Shown: positions 43,254 through 52,484, counted from the stretch's first letter. The stretch: 64,000 nt of DNA from Anaerolineales bacterium (GCA_020634885.1 JACKAW010000011.1:844-64843), one strand, 5' to 3'. Notes: generated from the letters alone by a model not told the origin. A program made the numbers and translations.

Positions 43254-43652
43254 TTAAGAAGAACCTGTTGAAGCAGCTGGTTGGCTGGCTGGTGCGCTGT
43301 TTCCTCCACCACCGCCGCCACCGCCATCCGAATTATCTCCACCACCGTTGTTTTTCTTAGGCTGAGCAACAACAATGACTTGTGGCTTCGGCGCTTCACC
43401 GCCAAAAAGGATCGTGTATCCCTTGGGCGGCATGGTTGCCACAATGACTGGAGGCTCAATGACCTCCGGGGTTGGCGTAACGGTTGCAGGCGGAATCAAC
43501 GCCGCCTGCTGTTCAGCCAGGGCTTTTTCATCTGCCTTCACCTTATCGGGTCCGGCAAACATATTCCAAAATGCAATTACAGATGTCATGGAGATGGCAG
43601 CGATTGCAAGCTGCACATCTGACCATTTATTTGAATTCGTTTTAGGAGCCAT
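43254..43652 (-). CDS. Hypothetical membrane-anchored Pro/Gly-rich protein with C-terminal ..STGSS
   Basis: One N-terminal TM helix, low-complexity Pro- and Gly-rich stretches, and a stop immediately abutting the apbE start codon. Confidence 0.55.
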   Translation of the reverse strand: MAPKTNSNKWSDVQLAIAAISMTSVIAFWNMFAGPDKVKADEKALAEQQAALIPPATVTPTPEVIEPPVIVATMPPKGYTILFGGEAPKPQVIVVAQPKKNNGGGDNSDGGGGGGGGNSAPASQPAASTGSS

Positions 43653-43662
43653 TTAATTACTC

Positions 43663-44208
43663 CTAATCATCGTCGTCATGATCATCATGGTCATGGTCAT
43701 CATGGTCTTCACGTTCTCCACCGCCGCCATTGTTATTCGAGCCACTGTTTGCCTGACTGCCATTATTATTCACCGCGGCAGGCGGTGCAGATACGATCAC
43801 CGGCTGAATTTTTTCAGAGGCAACAACCTGCCCCGTGGAACTCACATAGATCAGATCACCTGAAGTAAATGTGACCAGGTAAGTCGGCGCGCCTTGATAA
43901 TCGACAACTTCAACACTGTATACATTGGGGTCGTTAAGAAAATTCACAGCAACGGTGGTGGCTTCTTCAGGAGAAACAACCAACGGTTGTTGAATATCTA
44001 TCACAGCGGGCGCTTCCACCACTACGGGCATGGGCGAAGGAATGGATACGGGGTCCAGCGATTGCGAAGCAATAAATTTGGGCTGCTTTGCACCAAAACT
44101 CACGCCCAAATTCGAAGCCTGTTGATAGGCAGAAACCACGCCGAACATAGTTGCCATTAAAAACACAGTAAGCAGGGCAGATACGAACAAAGTACTCTTT
44201 CTCATCAT
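43663..44208 (-). CDS. PepSY-like domain protein with a C-terminal His/Asp-rich tail
   Basis: N-terminal anchor. The block VSPEEATTVAVNFLNDPNVYSVEVVDYQGAPTYLVTF..GDLIYVSSTGQVV is PepSY-like. The tail reads EREDHDDHDHDDHDDDD. Confidence 0.55.
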   Translation of the reverse strand: MMRKSTLFVSALLTVFLMATMFGVVSAYQQASNLGVSFGAKQPKFIASQSLDPVSIPSPMPVVVEAPAVIDIQQPLVVSPEEATTVAVNFLNDPNVYSVEVVDYQGAPTYLVTFTSGDLIYVSSTGQVVASEKIQPVIVSAPPAAVNNNGSQANSGSNNNGGGGEREDHDDHDHDDHDDDD

Positions 44209-44373
44209 AAAACTCCTCTCAAAATAAGCCAAAGGCTATATATGACATCAGTCGAATTCGCCACAAGAAGGTTACGGCTCAAGATGAGCAAAAAATGAGA
44301 GAATGCCGAAATCAAAATCCACCCACACGTTCAAAGAAAAAGCCAAAGCACGTTTTGCTTTATAATCTTTTTC

Positions 44374-45729
44374 ATGAACAAACTTAAAAATATAGACAAG
44401 CGTTGGTGGATCGCCGCCGCGGTTGTTCTTTTTATTGGCATCGCTTTACTTCCCCCGGTCAAGAGTCGTATCGCCACCCAATACGAACTCCTACGAACCC
44501 GCGTCATTTACTTTTTCAGACCTCCAAGCGAAGCGGTCTTTGAACCCGGCGGCGAAACAGACCCGCTCACCATTGAAACCGCAGTAGGAACCGCCCGCGC
44601 CGAAATGCTTTTGACGTTGACTCCCAAAGCGACAGCTACGCCGAAAACGGGTCCCACCCTCAAGCCGACGATCACCACAACGCCGGTGCCTGATTCGGTT
44701 ATTCTGCCGGGTGTTATCTACGTCGATCAGCACGGACGCTGGAACTATTGCGGTCCCGCCAATTTGACGATGGCGCTCAATTTTTGGGGCTGGCAGGGAG
44801 ACCGTGATGATGTTGCCAGCGTCATCAAACCCGGGTCGCCTGATACAAAACTAAACTTCGTCGAACGCGGTCTGCCAGACAAGAACGTGATGCCCTATGA
44901 GCTGGTGGACTTCGTCAATACACAGACCACAGAATACAAGGCGCTCTATCGCCATGGCGGCGATATTGACCTCATTAAAAAACTCATTGCGGCTGGGTAT
45001 CCCGTGATCGTGGAAAAAGGCTATTACGAAAAAGACTACACCGGAAAGATAGACTGGCTTGGTCATTACTTATTCACCACCGGGTACGATGATGCCAAGG
45101 GCGGCTTCACGGTGCAAGATGCCTACCTAAAACCCGGCAAAGACCTGTTTAGCCCCTACGAAGAATACGAAGATGGCTGGCGTTCGTTCAATTATCTGTT
45201 TATCGTGGTGTACCCCGCTGGCAGTGAAACCGAAGTCTTAAGTATCCTTGGTCCATGGGCAGATGATAAGTGGGCAGCCCAACATGCGCTTGAACTGGCT
45301 GAAAATGACATCGCAACCCTTGAAGGGAACGACCTTTTCTTTGCATGGTTCAACCAGGGAACCAGCCAGATCGTTTTGAATCAATATTCCGATGCAGCTT
45401 TTGCCTACGACCAGGCATTCCGCTTGTATAACAATTGGGATATAGAAAAAGGCAACCGACCCTTCCGCATGATGTGGTACCAAACAGGACCATACTTTGC
45501 CTACTATTACTCGGCTCGGTATCAGGATGTGATCGACCTCGCCACCACCACCCTGACCAAGACCATCTCCAAACCAACCCTCGAAGAGTCCCTGCTCTGG
45601 CGCGGACGTGCCTATTACATGATCGGCAACACCGAAGCCGCCATTGCTGATTACCGCGCCACCTTGCAGATCCACGCCAATTGGTATCCCGCTGTGCAGG
45701 CGTTGCAAGAACTTGGGCTTCAGCCGTAG
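44374..45729 (+). CDS. Peptidase C39-like domain protein with C-terminal TPR repeats
   Basis: N-terminal TM helix. The YVDQHGRWNYCGPANLTMALNFWGW block contains a papain-like Cys. The C-terminus has TPR-like repeats (GRAYYMIGNTEAAIADYRATLQI). Confidence 0.6.
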   Translation: MNKLKNIDKRWWIAAAVVLFIGIALLPPVKSRIATQYELLRTRVIYFFRPPSEAVFEPGGETDPLTIETAVGTARAEMLLTLTPKATATPKTGPTLKPTITTTPVPDSVILPGVIYVDQHGRWNYCGPANLTMALNFWGWQGDRDDVASVIKPGSPDTKLNFVERGLPDKNVMPYELVDFVNTQTTEYKALYRHGGDIDLIKKLIAAGYPVIVEKGYYEKDYTGKIDWLGHYLFTTGYDDAKGGFTVQDAYLKPGKDLFSPYEEYEDGWRSFNYLFIVVYPAGSETEVLSILGPWADDKWAAQHALELAENDIATLEGNDLFFAWFNQGTSQIVLNQYSDAAFAYDQAFRLYNNWDIEKGNRPFRMMWYQTGPYFAYYYSARYQDVIDLATTTLTKTISKPTLEESLLWRGRAYYMIGNTEAAIADYRATLQIHANWYPAVQALQELGLQP

Positions 45730-45737
45730 AAAATTCG

Positions 45738-45800
45738 TAGGTCATGCTTGTAGCGTGACAAAGCCTCAACAAAAAACATCACGTTGAAAACGTGATCTAC
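45738..45800. repeat. REP-like hairpins upstream of sbcD
   Basis: The first is gtaggtcatgc-ttgta-gcgtgac (45738-45759). The second is atcacgt-tgaaa-acgtgat followed by ctac (45778-45800). Confidence 0.65.
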
Positions 45801-45810
45801 AGGTATCAAA

Positions 45811-47034
45811 ATGAAACTATTACATTTTGCAGATGCTCACATTGATATGGCGAACTACGGGCGGCATGACCCTGTAACCGGTCTGCCCATGCGCGTGTTG
45901 GATTTTCTCAAATCGCTCGACACCATCGTGGAAACCGCCATCGAACGCAAGGTAGATTTGGTCATTTTTGCGGGCGATGCCTACAAAGACCGTTCTCCGG
46001 CTCCAACGTTTCAACGAGAGTGGGGCAGGCGCATCATGCGTTTTTCGCAGGCGAAGATTCCCACCCTGCTTTTGATAGGCAACCACGACATTTCCCCGTC
46101 CATTGGACGTGCCCATGCCTTGCAAGAATTCAAAACCCTGCAAGTGCCTTATGTAAAAGTGATCGACTCACCAGAACTGCTCAAACCGGAAGACCTTTGG
46201 GGCTTGCCACTTCAGGTGATTGGAATGCCCTGGGTGGCGCGTTCCGGGTTGATGGCTGCCACAGGCGAAACCGACTCTACGCAAGCCTTCTCTCGTATTG
46301 AAGAAAATATCGGCGATCTGATCGACGGGTGGATGGAAGAGTGTGATGCCTCACTGCCCATCGTCCTCACCGCACACGCTTCGATCGAAGGGGCAAAATT
46401 CGGCGGCGAACGATTGGTGATGCTGGGCAATGACCTGGTCTTGACCGGCTCACTGGTGAAGAATCCCAAACTCAGTTATGTGGCAATGGGTCACATCCAC
46501 AAGCCGCAGGATGTGAATGAAGGGCACCAGCCGCCGGTGATCTACCCCGGCTCCATTGAACGAGTCGACTTTGGCGAGGCGAAGGAAGATCGATTCTTCG
46601 TCATTGCCGATGTGGAAAAGGGACGCGACACCAAAGTAGAGTGGATCCAACTGACAGGGGTGAGAAAATTCATAGACCGCCGAACAAGCCTACAGTCCAG
46701 TGAAGAGGCGACGAAGCAGTTGCTGGCAACATTGCCCAAGCCGAAGGAAATGTCTGGGGCAATCGTCCGTTTGGTGGTGGAGTATCCAAGAGAATGGGAT
46801 TCGCTCATTGACGAATCTGCTTTGCGAAAATATGCGGCAGATGCTTTTGAATTCCATTTTGTGAAACGCCCGCAGGTTGAAGCGCGTGTGCGGATTGAAG
46901 AGGGGCAGGTGGTGAGCAGTTTGAGCCCGCTTGATCTATTGGAACAATTTTTCAAGGCGTCAAAAACCACAAACGCAGACGAGTTGACAGCGCTGGCACA
47001 GGAAATTATTTCTGAAGACACACTTGACACTTGA
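45811..47034 (+). CDS. sbcD: Exonuclease SbcCD nuclease subunit SbcD (Mre11-like)
   Basis: MKLLHFADAHID, FAGDAY, GNHD and MGHIH metallophosphoesterase motifs in Mre11 order. The last codons and the stop lie in a heptamer array. Confidence 0.85.
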   Translation: MKLLHFADAHIDMANYGRHDPVTGLPMRVLDFLKSLDTIVETAIERKVDLVIFAGDAYKDRSPAPTFQREWGRRIMRFSQAKIPTLLLIGNHDISPSIGRAHALQEFKTLQVPYVKVIDSPELLKPEDLWGLPLQVIGMPWVARSGLMAATGETDSTQAFSRIEENIGDLIDGWMEECDASLPIVLTAHASIEGAKFGGERLVMLGNDLVLTGSLVKNPKLSYVAMGHIHKPQDVNEGHQPPVIYPGSIERVDFGEAKEDRFFVIADVEKGRDTKVEWIQLTGVRKFIDRRTSLQSSEEATKQLLATLPKPKEMSGAIVRLVVEYPREWDSLIDESALRKYAADAFEFHFVKRPQVEARVRIEEGQVVSSLSPLDLLEQFFKASKTTNADELTALAQEIISEDTLDT

Positions 47035-47062
47035 CACTTGACACCTGACACTTGATACTTGG
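47014..47062. repeat. Tandem heptanucleotide array (7 units, CACTTGA-type)
   Basis: gaagaca cacttga cacttga cacttga cacctga cacttga tacttgg. Confidence 0.9.
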
Positions 47063-47087
47063 GCATCTCATCCAACCGAGGTGTTTT

Positions 47088-48371
47088 ATGTCCAAAGAGC
47101 AGACAAGTAATCGCTGGGTCGTTGTTGTAATTTTTTTCTTTTTTATGCTGCTGCACCAAACCGACAAGTTGATGATCGGTTCACTGCAAGTGCAGATCAG
47201 TGAAGATTTTGGAATTAGCAATACACAATGGGGGTTGGTCAATTCGGGCGCGCTCATTGTTGCGACCATCCTTTACCCGATCTGGGGCTATCTTTATGAC
47301 CGGTACGCGCGTTCCAAACTGCTTTCTCTGGCTTCGTTCATTTGGGGCGCCACCACATGGCTGAATGCCATTGTGCGTTCGTTTGGCGGTTTTCTTGTTA
47401 CCCGCGCCTCCACCGGCATTGATGATTCTTCGTACCCGGGGCTTTATACACTGATCGCCGATTATTTTGGTCCCACTCAACGCGGCAAGGTGTTTGGTAT
47501 TCTTCAGCTTACACAGCCCATTGGTTATTTATTGGGAATGATCCTTGCGCTGATGGTCGCCCCGAACATTGGCGGGTGGCGCAGTGTGTTCTATATCACC
47601 GGTTCACTGGGATTAGTGATCGCCTTGTTGATATTTTTCTTCGTGAAAGAGATGCCGCGCGGCAGGGCAGAACCGGAATTCGAGCAGATCGCCGAAATGC
47701 AGACCTTTAAGTTCTCGTGGGCAGAAGCCAAAGAGATCTTCAAAAAGAAGACCATGTGGTTCATCTTTTTGCAGGGGTTTGCGGGTGTGTTCCCATGGAA
47801 TGTGATCACGTTCTTCTTCTTTGCCTATCTTGAAAAAGAACGCGGCTACGATGCGAACAGTATCTTGTTTACGATGGCGCCGGTGATCCTCATTCTTGCC
47901 AGCGGATATTTTGTGGGCGGGGCGTTGGGCGATTTCGCTTTCAAGCGTTCGAACAAGGGTCGCATTATTGTTTCGAGCATTGGTGTATTGATGGGCGCTT
48001 TGTTCATGTACCTCGCCATCACCACCCCCATTGAAGCGAAGAATCAGTTCTTTATTTTCATGTGCCTCACAGCGATATTCATGCCGCTTTCTGCCACGAA
48101 TGTCACCGCCACGGTTTATGATGTGACCGTGCCGGAAGTCCGCTCGACGGCGCAGGCAACGGAGTATTTTATTGAGAATGCTGGCGCAGCATTTGCACCG
48201 ATCATTACCGGTCTGATCGCAGATGCGTACAGTTTGCAAACTGCAATTCTGCTTATTTGTACTGTGGCGTGGGGGTTGTGCTTCGTGTTCTACCTTGGCG
48301 CGATCTTTACCATCGATCATGATACGCAGCACCTGCGTAACCAGATGGCGGAGAGAGCCAAGACGATGTAA
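47088..48371 (+). CDS. MFS transporter
   Basis: Twelve predicted TM helices and an MFS loop motif (DRYARSK). ATG at 47088 with a GAGGTG RBS. Confidence 0.85.
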   Translation: MSKEQTSNRWVVVVIFFFFMLLHQTDKLMIGSLQVQISEDFGISNTQWGLVNSGALIVATILYPIWGYLYDRYARSKLLSLASFIWGATTWLNAIVRSFGGFLVTRASTGIDDSSYPGLYTLIADYFGPTQRGKVFGILQLTQPIGYLLGMILALMVAPNIGGWRSVFYITGSLGLVIALLIFFFVKEMPRGRAEPEFEQIAEMQTFKFSWAEAKEIFKKKTMWFIFLQGFAGVFPWNVITFFFFAYLEKERGYDANSILFTMAPVILILASGYFVGGALGDFAFKRSNKGRIIVSSIGVLMGALFMYLAITTPIEAKNQFFIFMCLTAIFMPLSATNVTATVYDVTVPEVRSTAQATEYFIENAGAAFAPIITGLIADAYSLQTAILLICTVAWGLCFVFYLGAIFTIDHDTQHLRNQMAERAKTM

Positions 48372-48379
48372 TCTTTTTG

Positions 48380-48410
48380 AAAGGGCACGAATAGATCGTG
48401 CCCTTTTTGT
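48380..48410. terminator. Bidirectional terminator
   Basis: aaagggcacg-N7-cgtgcccttttt. Confidence 0.75.
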
Positions 48411-48415
48411 TTTAA

Positions 48416-49180
48416 CTAACGTGATCTTCGCAGGATGAAGAGGGATGCTCCCTGCACAGCAAGCGCAGTTAGCACAGCAAAACCAAACGAAACGCCCAAA
48501 CTCGTGCGTTCGATCAGCAAATTTAAGACGATGAAAAAGCCGATGTAAGCGAACATGCCATACAACAATCCGCGTTGGACATGCGCGGCAGCGGCGGGAC
48601 CGTGGTTACGGTGCGCAAAAACGGCAAGGATGGAAACATACAACGGGATCATCGCGAGCAATCCCGTCAGGCGTGAACCGATGAATGGGGCAACCCCTGT
48701 GAGCAGCAAAATGAAACTGGTTCCGATCAACACCCGCATGGGGATATCCCAACGGTTCAGTTGCGTTTCTCCTGGCTCTACATCTCCTTTAGGCATAAAC
48801 TTCAGCCCAAAAAAAGCCGCAAGGGTCACCGCCGGAGCTATCACCACAAAAGGAAAGATATGAGATTGCATAAAAAGTGTTGTGATGGCTAAAAAAAGAA
48901 AGCTCCCCAGTAAAGCCACATACCAGCGAAAACGGGTGGCAAGCCATGCAAAAGTGACAGAATAGACCACAAGCGATATGCCCCCGCTCAAAACCCCAAG
49001 GATGGAGCTGGCAGCAAAACCCACACCATGATCTAACGCGACAAAAAAGACCACCGGACCAGAAGTGAGCGGCATCCCTACGATCCACCCGCTGACCGCG
49101 GGACCCCACTTGCGTCCGGCAAGGCTGGCAGAGCCGATGATGAGCGGGGCAAGGATCAGTTTCAGAATAAAAATATTCAT
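48416..49180 (-). CDS. Hypothetical polytopic membrane protein
   Basis: About 8 hydrophobic segments. I chose the start at MNIFILKL (49180). No family motif recognised. Confidence 0.55.
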   Translation of the reverse strand: MNIFILKLILAPLIIGSASLAGRKWGPAVSGWIVGMPLTSGPVVFFVALDHGVGFAASSILGVLSGGISLVVYSVTFAWLATRFRWYVALLGSFLFLAITTLFMQSHIFPFVVIAPAVTLAAFFGLKFMPKGDVEPGETQLNRWDIPMRVLIGTSFILLLTGVAPFIGSRLTGLLAMIPLYVSILAVFAHRNHGPAAAAHVQRGLLYGMFAYIGFFIVLNLLIERTSLGVSFGFAVLTALAVQGASLFILRRSR

Positions 49181-49261
49181 CTTGTCACTTTCAAGCAGAT
49201 GGGGGGGGATAATTGCGAGGCTGCGGAATCGTCGCAAGCCATTTTGAGTTCACGCAAAAGA

Positions 49262-50185
49262 TTATTTGATTTCGGTGATGATCGTCCGTTTGGCGCCTGC
49301 GGAGGTAAGAGACGCTGCCACCGACTCCGCCGCGGCTTGGTCTACCAACGCGATCATATTGCCGCCGCGTCCGCCGCCGCTGAGTTTTGCGCCTAATGCG
49401 CCTGCACGTCTAGCCGCATAAATGAGCACGTCTAATTCGGGTGAAGAGACGGTCATCTGTTTCAGGAATTCCTGATTCTGATCCATTAACTCGCCGAGGT
49501 GTTCCGGGTGACCCGTCTCTATAAAACGGCGCGCCATGGTGGAAATCTGCGCGATCTCATTGAACATCTCTTCGAAACGATTTTCATTATGCAGCCATAA
49601 ACGACGTACATCGCCAACGGATTCTTTTGTAGGTGCGGGAACACCGGTATCTCCAATGACAATGGTAAACGGCTTGCCGCACGTGAACGTTTCGACGGGT
49701 TTATGTTTCATGTAAAAGACCGGCTTGTTATAGGTGATAACGGTATTGTCTATGCCGGAGGGCGTGCCGTGGTGGAGTTTTTCAATTTCGAAGACCAGTC
49801 CATTCACCTGTTCGTCACTCAGCGGGTGAGACAGATAGGATGAAAGCGCCCGGAACATGGCAACCGAAACCGCTGCCCCAGAGCCAAGTCCCGCCGCAAC
49901 GGGGATGGTTGATCGGATGGTGAGCAGAATATTTGGATGTTGAGAAATGCCCAAGTGTTGAAAAAGTTTCAGAATAACCGCAGCAATTGGATGGTCGTCA
50001 GGAAGCGTGGAGAGTTCGCCATGCAGTTCCACCATGGGCGCATCGATCCAAACACCAGACTTGTCTGAATCCGTGACTTCCACTTCCACCTGTGCCTGAT
50101 CTACAGGCACGGCAAGCGCGGGGCGGTTATATACAACCGCATGTTCTCCAAAGAGGATGATCTTGCCGGGGGCGGATGCTTTCAT
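49262..50185 (-). CDS. mvk: Mevalonate kinase
   Basis: APGKIILFGEHAVVY (motif I), GLGSGAAVSVA (GHMP ATP-binding motif) and KLSGGGRGG (motif III). The ATG overlaps the upstream stop (ATGA). Confidence 0.85.
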   Translation of the reverse strand: MKASAPGKIILFGEHAVVYNRPALAVPVDQAQVEVEVTDSDKSGVWIDAPMVELHGELSTLPDDHPIAAVILKLFQHLGISQHPNILLTIRSTIPVAAGLGSGAAVSVAMFRALSSYLSHPLSDEQVNGLVFEIEKLHHGTPSGIDNTVITYNKPVFYMKHKPVETFTCGKPFTIVIGDTGVPAPTKESVGDVRRLWLHNENRFEEMFNEIAQISTMARRFIETGHPEHLGELMDQNQEFLKQMTVSSPELDVLIYAARRAGALGAKLSGGGRGGNMIALVDQAAAESVAASLTSAGAKRTIITEIK

Positions 50186-51051
50186 GAAAAATAGAAGATG
50201 ATAATAACGGCGACAGCCCAAAACAGCATGGAAACCTGAAAGGGGCGGTCTGAAAGCAGGATCTCTTCGGGGGTGCCGCCTGCTTTTTCCACTTCGATCA
50301 GGTACAGATAGCGGAAGATGGCATAGACCATGAATGGAATGGTGAGCATCATGGAGTGATTCGCAGGCACGTTTGGCGCGGAGAACGTGTAAAGCGAGTA
50401 TGCAATAATGGTCATACCCGAAACGATCATAATATATTGGTTAAGCAGCGGCAGGGTGTAGCCGTCGAGCACTTTGCGGTGTGAGCCAGCGCCATCGGTA
50501 AGCAGGGCAAGCTCGGCGCGGCGTTTGCCAAAGCCGAGAAAGAGCGAAAGCAGGAACATCACAATATAGAGCCAGGGCGAAAAGCGTTCTACATGGATCA
50601 ACGTTACACCCGCGCCCACGCGCATGACAAAACCGGCGGCAATGATCAATACATCCAAAATGGAAATATGCTTAAGCGCCATGGAGTAGGCAAGGTTGAG
50701 CACAAAATAAGCGCCTACGATGAGCGCAAACAGGGGCGCCAATAAATACGCAAAGACCAAAGTAAAGATCACAAGAACAATGCCCGCCGCCCAAGCCGTA
50801 TGTACAGATAATTTTCCCGAAGCAATGGGGCGGTTCTTCTTTTCGGGGTGCTGGCGGTCGGCTTCCACATCGGCGAGATCGTTGAAGATGTAAACGGAAG
50901 AGGATATCAGACAAAATAATACGAACCCAGCCAGCGTCCGCAGAAAAGAGTCAACCACAAATAGTTGTTTATCGAAGACCAGCGCGGCAAAAATAAAAAC
51001 ATTTTTCGTCCACTGGCGCGGACGCATGGTTTTGAACAAGGCTTTTAACAT
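50182..51051 (-). CDS. UbiA-family prenyltransferase (decaprenyl-phosphate phosphoribosyltransferase-like)
   Basis: RPRQWTKNVFIFAALVF N-terminus, NDLADVEADRQHPEKKNRPIASG (first Asp-rich motif) and 8-9 TM helices. Confidence 0.7.
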   Translation of the reverse strand: MLKALFKTMRPRQWTKNVFIFAALVFDKQLFVVDSFLRTLAGFVLFCLISSSVYIFNDLADVEADRQHPEKKNRPIASGKLSVHTAWAAGIVLVIFTLVFAYLLAPLFALIVGAYFVLNLAYSMALKHISILDVLIIAAGFVMRVGAGVTLIHVERFSPWLYIVMFLLSLFLGFGKRRAELALLTDGAGSHRKVLDGYTLPLLNQYIMIVSGMTIIAYSLYTFSAPNVPANHSMMLTIPFMVYAIFRYLYLIEVEKAGGTPEEILLSDRPFQVSMLFWAVAVIIIFYFS

Positions 51052-51080
51052 GGCGTTATTTTACCTGATACAATATTTTT

Positions 51081-51890
51081 ATGCCCAAAGTTCGGTTGGA
51101 TGTATTACTTGTAGAAAAAGGATTGGCGGATTCGCGCGCCAAAGCGCAAGCCCTCATCATGGCGGGACAGGTGAGAGTCGCGGGTCAGGTCGCGCTCAAG
51201 CCTGCCACAGCGGTTCAAGCCGATTCCACGCTGACGGTGGATACCGGTCCCAAGTTCGTTTCGCGCGGCGGCGAGAAAATTGAGGGCGCCTTAAATACCT
51301 TTGGCATTGCTGTCACCGGTTTTACCTGCGCCGATGTGGGATCATCCACCGGCGGGTTCACAGATTGCATGTTGCAGCACGGCGCGGTAAAGGTCTACGC
51401 CATAGATGTGGGCAAGGGCATTCTGCATTGGAAGCTGCGCAACGATCCGCGTGTGGTGGTGATGGAAGAAACCAATGCGCGTTTTGTTGAATCATTGCCG
51501 GAAAAGATAGATTTTGTTACGGTGGATGCTTCTTTTATTTCCTTGAAAACATTGCTGCCGGTGATCAAAAAATGGAAAGTGGAAAGCGGGATCGTGGCTT
51601 TGATCAAGCCCCAATTTGAAGCAGGCAGGAAGGAAGTCTCTCGGGGTGATGGGGTCATCCGTGACCCGGAAATTCACCGGCAGGTATTGTTGGATGTATT
51701 GACCTTTGCCAAATTAGAGGGCTTTGGGCTGCGCGGCTTGGTGAAATCTTCACTGATGGGTCCCAAAGGGAATGCCGAATTTTTGGTCTGGCTGGACATG
51801 ACACCGAATGATGCCATTGTGGAAGAGTTGGTCAATCATGTAATGAAAGAGGAGATTGCCTTAGACGAAAAAGAAACGTCTGAGCAATAA
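51081..51890 (+). CDS. tlyA: TlyA family rRNA (cytidine-2'-O)-methyltransferase
   Basis: S4 domain (RLDVLLVEKGLADSRAKAQALIMAGQV), VSRGGEKI, and DVGSSTGGFTDC SAM motif. Confidence 0.9.
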   Translation: MPKVRLDVLLVEKGLADSRAKAQALIMAGQVRVAGQVALKPATAVQADSTLTVDTGPKFVSRGGEKIEGALNTFGIAVTGFTCADVGSSTGGFTDCMLQHGAVKVYAIDVGKGILHWKLRNDPRVVVMEETNARFVESLPEKIDFVTVDASFISLKTLLPVIKKWKVESGIVALIKPQFEAGRKEVSRGDGVIRDPEIHRQVLLDVLTFAKLEGFGLRGLVKSSLMGPKGNAEFLVWLDMTPNDAIVEELVNHVMKEEIALDEKETSEQ

Positions 51891-51898
51891 CATACAAC

Positions 51899-52321
51899 AT
51901 GAATTGTCCCAAATGCGCTCATGAATTAGTTAAGAAATTTTACAAGGGCATGTTTGAAGTAGAGTCTTGCCCAAACTGCCGGGGCATGTGGCTGGATTTT
52001 TACGAACTGGATAAACTGGAAGATATTGTTTTTGAAGATGATGAGCATAAGGGGTCTTTGGTTCACTTTCAAAAGCAGACGGAGTATCCCTGCCCGCACT
52101 GCGGTAAAAATCTGGATGAATTTCAATACCGGCTCTTCGACCTTAAACTCGATACATGCACAGTCAACGATCATGGTTTCTGGCTCGATGCGGGCGAAGA
52201 TGAACGCGTAATGGATTTGATGCAAAAGCGTTCTGAGAATATTCAACGAAAACTAAGCGCCGAAGTGGAATGGAAGCAGATGCTGAAAGGCTTGCACTCA
52301 TTTTTAGGAAAGAGAAAGTAG
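51899..52321 (+). CDS. Zinc-ribbon protein (two zf-TFIIB-like CxxC...CxxC modules)
   Basis: The first module is CPKC...CPNCRGMWLD. The second is CPHC...C.V..HGFWLD. Confidence 0.7.
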   Translation: MNCPKCAHELVKKFYKGMFEVESCPNCRGMWLDFYELDKLEDIVFEDDEHKGSLVHFQKQTEYPCPHCGKNLDEFQYRLFDLKLDTCTVNDHGFWLDAGEDERVMDLMQKRSENIQRKLSAEVEWKQMLKGLHSFLGKRK

Positions 52322-52398
52322 TTTGCACAGGACTTACGCAAAATCTTTTAGTCATGTGTAAAAGATGCGCTGTCGTTCGACAAGACAAAAAATCTTAA

Positions 52399-52434
52399 CG
52401 CGAATGACGCAAATGAAGCGAATAGCACGAATAA
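52399..52434. repeat. Tandem nonamer array (4 units, each ending in a stop triplet)
   Basis: cgcgaatga cgcaaatga agcgaatag cacgaataa. Confidence 0.75.
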
Positions 52435-52466
52435 AAAAGTCTCCCGTTTGTGCGGGAGACTTTTTT
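52433..52466. terminator. Bidirectional terminator
   Basis: aaaaaagtctcccg-tttgtg-cgggagactttttt. Confidence 0.8.
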
Positions 52467-52484
52467 ATATGATCTCTTGCATAA

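Noticed and set aside
47613-48332. 239-aa minus-strand ORF inside the MFS transporter gene.
   Set aside because: It is antisense to a 12-TM MFS frame, and its translation is Arg/His-rich without motifs.
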